From assembly GCA_965644295.1 (NCBI GenBank), contig CBFFRP010000064.1:124001-188000 (forward strand): a DNA stretch of 64,000 nt, read 5' to 3'. Source of the stretch: Paraphysomonas bandaiensis. Lineage: Eukaryota > Protista > Chrysophyceae. The notes under the pieces were generated by a model. The model did no database searches. It worked only from the letters and a program-made list of their open reading frames with translations, and was not told where the DNA came from. Made by a program: the position numbers and the translations under genes. This document shows, piece after piece, positions 62,758 through 64,000 of the stretch (position 1 is its first letter; the number at the start of each line of letters is the position of its first letter).

Positions 62758-63363
62758 TGCAATTTCACCTTTCCGTTTATGACAAAAATAATAGTGTTGG
62801 TTGTTTTACTCTTGTGTCATAATCTTTGCTAACATCTATATCTATCATATACGTTTGTTTCACATATGTATTCTGTTTCTGATGCATTCAAGCTAATAAG
62901 AAGAGTCGGATTGTGAATGATCAGCATTAGAATATATTTCGTTTTAACTATAATGGTATTCTTCCCCGTTAGTCATTTTGAGAATATTTTATTGTTTCTA
63001 TGAACGTGTCTACTACGAACTCTGAGTATAAAGAGAACTAGATATAATTCTCGTAGTCAATAGGCACTTTGTAAACACCTGTGACAAATATAGATGAAAT
63101 AAACGAAAATGTGAAACAAAGCTATGAGAACTGGTTAGCATCAGCATTTGCTCATTTGCGGCTCATAGGTACTCATTCCGATGAAAAAAGTAGAATTGTT
63201 GTGTTGATACACTGCTAATACCTAACACTGGATGATGTATGAGAGTTCACACCATCAGCTTGGGTAAATAAAACATTTGTACCATACCCCATATCAGCTT
63301 GTGTTGTAAGTAACATTGATTAAAATAAATTATGGTCTGGCTTTAACATAACAGTAGCAATAT

Positions 63364-63419
63364 TGATGCAATTTAGTGCCGGTTGACCAGCTGATGGAAT
63401 TTAGTGCCGGTTGACCAGT
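63364..63419. repeat. 28-bp tandem duplication
   Basis: TGATGsAATTTAGTGCCGGTTGACCAGy occurs twice. Confidence 0.9.
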
Positions 63420-63734
63420 CAATGCATTGCTCCCTTGCCTTGGTAACTATTTATGAATTTAAGTGAGGCAGTCGCGTTCGACTGGCTGATAACTAAAGTT
63501 CGACTGAATGGAACTTGACATACATAATACTAAAGTATCTATTGTAACGTTAATGTCAGTTATATAACTATATATAATATATTATATATCAGTGAAACAA
63601 TGATGCATTGGATGCAGCTCTTGCATATATATTTTAACAAAGCCGTATTAGTCTATCGAATAGTGAATGAATACTTCTAATTGTTCCTATAAACGTGTCT
63701 ATATCTAATATAATAGTCTATATCTGAAACAAGT

Positions 63735-64000
63735 CGTTGATGTAGTGAATGTAGCAATAGAGGTGTAAGAGTCAGAACTAGTGCTTAACTCTGACATCCT
63801 ACTATTTGATACTACGAAAGCTATATATATTGAAAGTCTTATTATTAGCAATAGGCGTTAAAAACCTGCACCAACTTAGTAGCTAGATGAATGCTAGACA
63901 AACTAGTTAGACCTCTACCTGTAACTAATCAGAACACAATTTTTTTCCTACTTTTTAACGCTACGGAAGCTGCTTGTGCGTCGCCGCAAGCACCAAGGTG
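63735..64000 (+). mobile_element. Two tandem partial arms of repeat family A, running off the window end
   Basis: GTGTAAGAGTCAGAACTA at 63763-63780 equals 31256-31273. ATTATTAGCAATAGGCGT lies at 63841, and GCTGCTTGTGCGTC..GCACCAAGGTG at 63969-64000. Confidence 0.85.

Overview
Gene-dense eukaryotic nuclear DNA from a ciliated/flagellated protist: it has many short GT-AG introns and a TMEM107 gene. The overall character suggests a stramenopile, but that is my impression, not a test. I can reconstruct 20 protein-coding genes: a SPBC365.16-like membrane protein, DeSI-PUL peptidase, TRM1, a membrane-anchored S8 subtilase, SDH2/SdhB, seipin, a TPR protein, RAD1 (9-1-1 clamp), a CUE protein, RPL12/uL11, a WW-FYVE-ARM protein, TMEM107, a dual-specificity phosphatase, NDUFAF6, presequence protease PreP and five proteins of unknown function. 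RAD1 and TMEM107 are barely visible in the ORF track and were recovered by manual splicing. The architecture is strongly ordered. Eighteen of the 20 genes form nine head-to-head pairs. Divergent spacers carry (CATA/TATG)n satellites, a sense-strand C>G skew and a recurring AAAA-C..GG-TTTT quasi-palindrome. Most transposon relics lie in convergent spacers or the two gene-free gaps: a young hAT deletion derivative with perfect 25-bp TIRs and an 8-bp TSD, a 106-bp hAT-type MITE, three adjacent foldback elements, and a dispersed long-TIR family. I found no tRNA, rRNA or CRISPR array. All splice models and family calls are by eye, with no database searches.
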